Source: Desulfobacterales bacterium (lineage in GTDB: Bacteria > Desulfobacterota > Desulfobacteria > Desulfobacterales > Desulfosalsimonadaceae). Taken from it: DNA of 64,000 bases. The position numbers and the translations under genes are program-made. This document shows, in pieces, positions 62,269 to 64,000 of the stretch (position 1 is the first letter of the stretch; each line of letters opens with the position of its first letter). Under the pieces are notes generated by a model. The model was not told the DNA's origin and did not search any database. It saw only the letters and a program-made list of their open reading frames with translations. The stretch covers positions 19,800 through 83,799 of the forward strand of contig JBKHFD010000001.1 of NCBI GenBank assembly GCA_046540355.1. The letters run 5' to 3'.

Positions 62269-63279
62269 TCAGGGAACAATCATGACTTTGATGGCTTTCT
62301 GGTCCCGGAGCTGGGCCCTGAAGGCATCATCAGCCTCATCCAGAGAAAACCTGTGGGTTACCAGATGCCCGGTGGCCGCCTTTCCGGACCGGATAAGCTC
62401 TATGGCTCCGGGAAAATTTCCCCCCAGGCACCCCACCAGGGTAATATTTTTACGAATCACCTCCATGGGATCCCAATTAAGGGGCTCCTCAAAAATCCCG
62501 ACCAGCAGAATCTTGCCTCCACCCCTGACCATTTCGGTTGCCTGGCTGAAAGTGGCGGGAGAACCCGCACACTCGACAACCATATCAACACCCATACCCG
62601 AAGTGGCATCCATTAGGGCGGCCATGACATCTTCCCTGGCCGCGTCAACAGCAAGGTCTGCTCCGGATTTTTCCGCCGCCTCCAGCCTGGAGGCTCTTCG
62701 TCCGCTTGCAAGGACCCTCGAGGCTCCCATGGCCTTTAAAGCCTGGACGGCGTTAATTCCAATGACCCCAAGTCCCAGAACAGCCGCCGTATCGCCCTCC
62801 TTCGGCCGGCCGCGTTTGACGGAAAAAAGAGAGATGGAAAGCGGCTCCACTGAAGCGCCGTCTTCGTAGGAAAGCTCCTCTGGAAGTTTAAATACGGTCT
62901 GCCCCGGGATGGCAACAGGAACGGAAACATATTCAGCCATGGCCCCTGGAAGCTGATAGCCCGTAAGCGCCGGATCCGAACAGCGGTGGAATTTACCCTC
63001 TCCGCACCAGAAACATCGGCCGCAGGGAAGGAACCCGGCCGCTGTGACCCGCTCTCCTGCCTGTATTCCTTTTACGTTCCTTCCGACTTCTTCGACATCT
63101 CCGCTGAATTCATGCCCGAATATGGTTCCCTCCGGGCTGCCCTCCTTGTAGACGTGCAAATCCGAGCCGCAGACCCCGCATGCCTTTACCCGGATCACGA
63201 TGCCGTCATCCGGCACCCCGGGATAATCAACTGTTTCAGTTTTTATGATTTCAGGACCTCTCAACACTGCAGCTTTCAT
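62269..63279 (-). CDS. Zinc-dependent medium-chain alcohol dehydrogenase
   Basis: CGVCGSDLH, GHEFSG, CGRCFWC..G..HRC, GLGVIG; start MKAAV. Confidence 0.94.
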   Translation of the reverse strand: MKAAVLRGPEIIKTETVDYPGVPDDGIVIRVKACGVCGSDLHVYKEGSPEGTIFGHEFSGDVEEVGRNVKGIQAGERVTAAGFLPCGRCFWCGEGKFHRCSDPALTGYQLPGAMAEYVSVPVAIPGQTVFKLPEELSYEDGASVEPLSISLFSVKRGRPKEGDTAAVLGLGVIGINAVQALKAMGASRVLASGRRASRLEAAEKSGADLAVDAAREDVMAALMDATSGMGVDMVVECAGSPATFSQATEMVRGGGKILLVGIFEEPLNWDPMEVIRKNITLVGCLGGNFPGAIELIRSGKAATGHLVTHRFSLDEADDAFRAQLRDQKAIKVMIVP

Positions 63280-63594
63280 AAAAAACACCCCGCAAAAAAA
63301 GAAAATTAAATTAATCACAACAAACTGTGAAGAAAAAAACCGCGCAGTTTTGCCCCTGCCGAATCAAAGGATTATAATATATTATAAAAAAATAACATAA
63401 TCCGAACAAGCAAAAAACAAAAAACCGGAGACCCGAGCCTTGCCGGTCATTCGGCTGCGGGCCGCCGGGGCGGCTTTGGTTACTGCTGTCCCTTAAAAAC
63501 TTAAATGACTTATTTGGCAGTTTGAAACCGTGTATGTTATAATCAAAAAAAGTTTACAAATATGACTCCGTGGAAAATCCGGGAGGATCCGCCC

Positions 63595-64000
63595 ATGAAT
63601 AAGCAAACATCAGGAGATGACAACAACGTGCGCATTGTCCGCACCACCTCGACATTTGACTGCGGTGGCCGCTGCCCGCTCAAACTGCACGTAAAAGACA
63701 ACCGTATCCTCAGGGTGGAAGGCGATGATGCCCCTGAACCCAATCAGCTAAGAACCTGCCTCCGCTGCAGGGCTTACAAACAGTATGTGCACAACCCGGA
63801 AAGACTTCTTTATCCCCGGAAACGAGTCGGCCAGCGCGGAGAAGGCAAATTTGAACGCATTTCCTGGGATGAAGCATACGAGATTTTTACAAGCCAATTA
63901 AACCGCATAAAGGAAACTTATGGAAACGGCGCCATTCTCCTTGCAGCAGGGGGATCATATCTTGCAAGCCTGCATCATGGACCTCTTGCCGCATCCAGGC
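63595..64000 (+). CDS. Molybdopterin-dependent oxidoreductase catalytic subunit (DmsA-like), 5' part; runs off the window edge
   Basis: Not in the ORF track. GGGAGG RBS, then MNKQ...TTSTFDCGGRCPL.LHVKD...QLRTCLRCRAY...HNPERLLYP.KRVG.RGEGKFERISWDEA. Confidence 0.9.
   Translation, partial: MNKQTSGDDNNVRIVRTTSTFDCGGRCPLKLHVKDNRILRVEGDDAPEPNQLRTCLRCRAYKQYVHNPERLLYPRKRVGQRGEGKFERISWDEAYEIFTSQLNRIKETYGNGAILLAAGGSYLASLHHGPLAASR

Noticed and set aside
63315-63330. Palindrome TCACA-N6-TGTGA as a CRP/Rex site
   Set aside because: The half-sites are in the opposite orientation to the CRP and Rex consensus, so it may be chance.
63420-63594. Moco/Wco riboswitch upstream of the molybdoenzyme
   Set aside because: There is a GC-rich patch, but I could not find the conserved stems and loop motifs of the Moco RNA.

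Overview
A 64 kb core-chromosome window, probably from a sulfate-reducing Desulfobacterota (Desulfobacterales-like) bacterium. The very acidic envelope proteins and a betaine-type BCCT transporter suggest salt adaptation; both the taxonomy and the ecology are inferences. It contains about 60 CDSs and one tRNA-Gln(TTG). Main blocks: BCCT-USP; PilZ-methyltransferase-amrS-kamA remnant-DUF6909; an M1 aminopeptidase; a TetR-controlled RND efflux operon; a long plus-strand run (dapF-like, two moeA, archease, rtcB, PMM/PGM, serA, DUF1844, degQ, ispE, tRNA-Gln, prs, rplY, pth, hppA, carD, rluD); plsC; larE; a Yej/Opp-type ABC transporter with no binding protein nearby; rplM-rpsI; ruvCAB; tol-pal; groESL; hflKC; and oxidoreductases. 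I saw no transposase, integrase, prophage or CRISPR array. Four coding elements are absent or incomplete in the ORF track: an archaemetzincin-like 5' end, the frameshifted C-terminal piece of the kamA remnant, the 32-aa ribosomal protein bS22, and a DmsA-like 5' end. The most notable observations are: (1) a ~200-nt GC-rich rod-like palindromic element at 17398-17595 with a second, degenerate, inverted half-copy at 2987-3041, suggesting an unannotated dispersed repeat or structured RNA family; (2) a kamA gene whose radical-SAM core is missing, joined at a probable 7-bp microhomology; (3) a DapF homolog with both catalytic Cys replaced by Ser; (4) a DUF6909-like protein with a nucleoside-phosphorylase-like C-terminus in an apparent operon with AmrS; (5) a YejE-like permease with a large, apparently duplicated extracytoplasmic insert.
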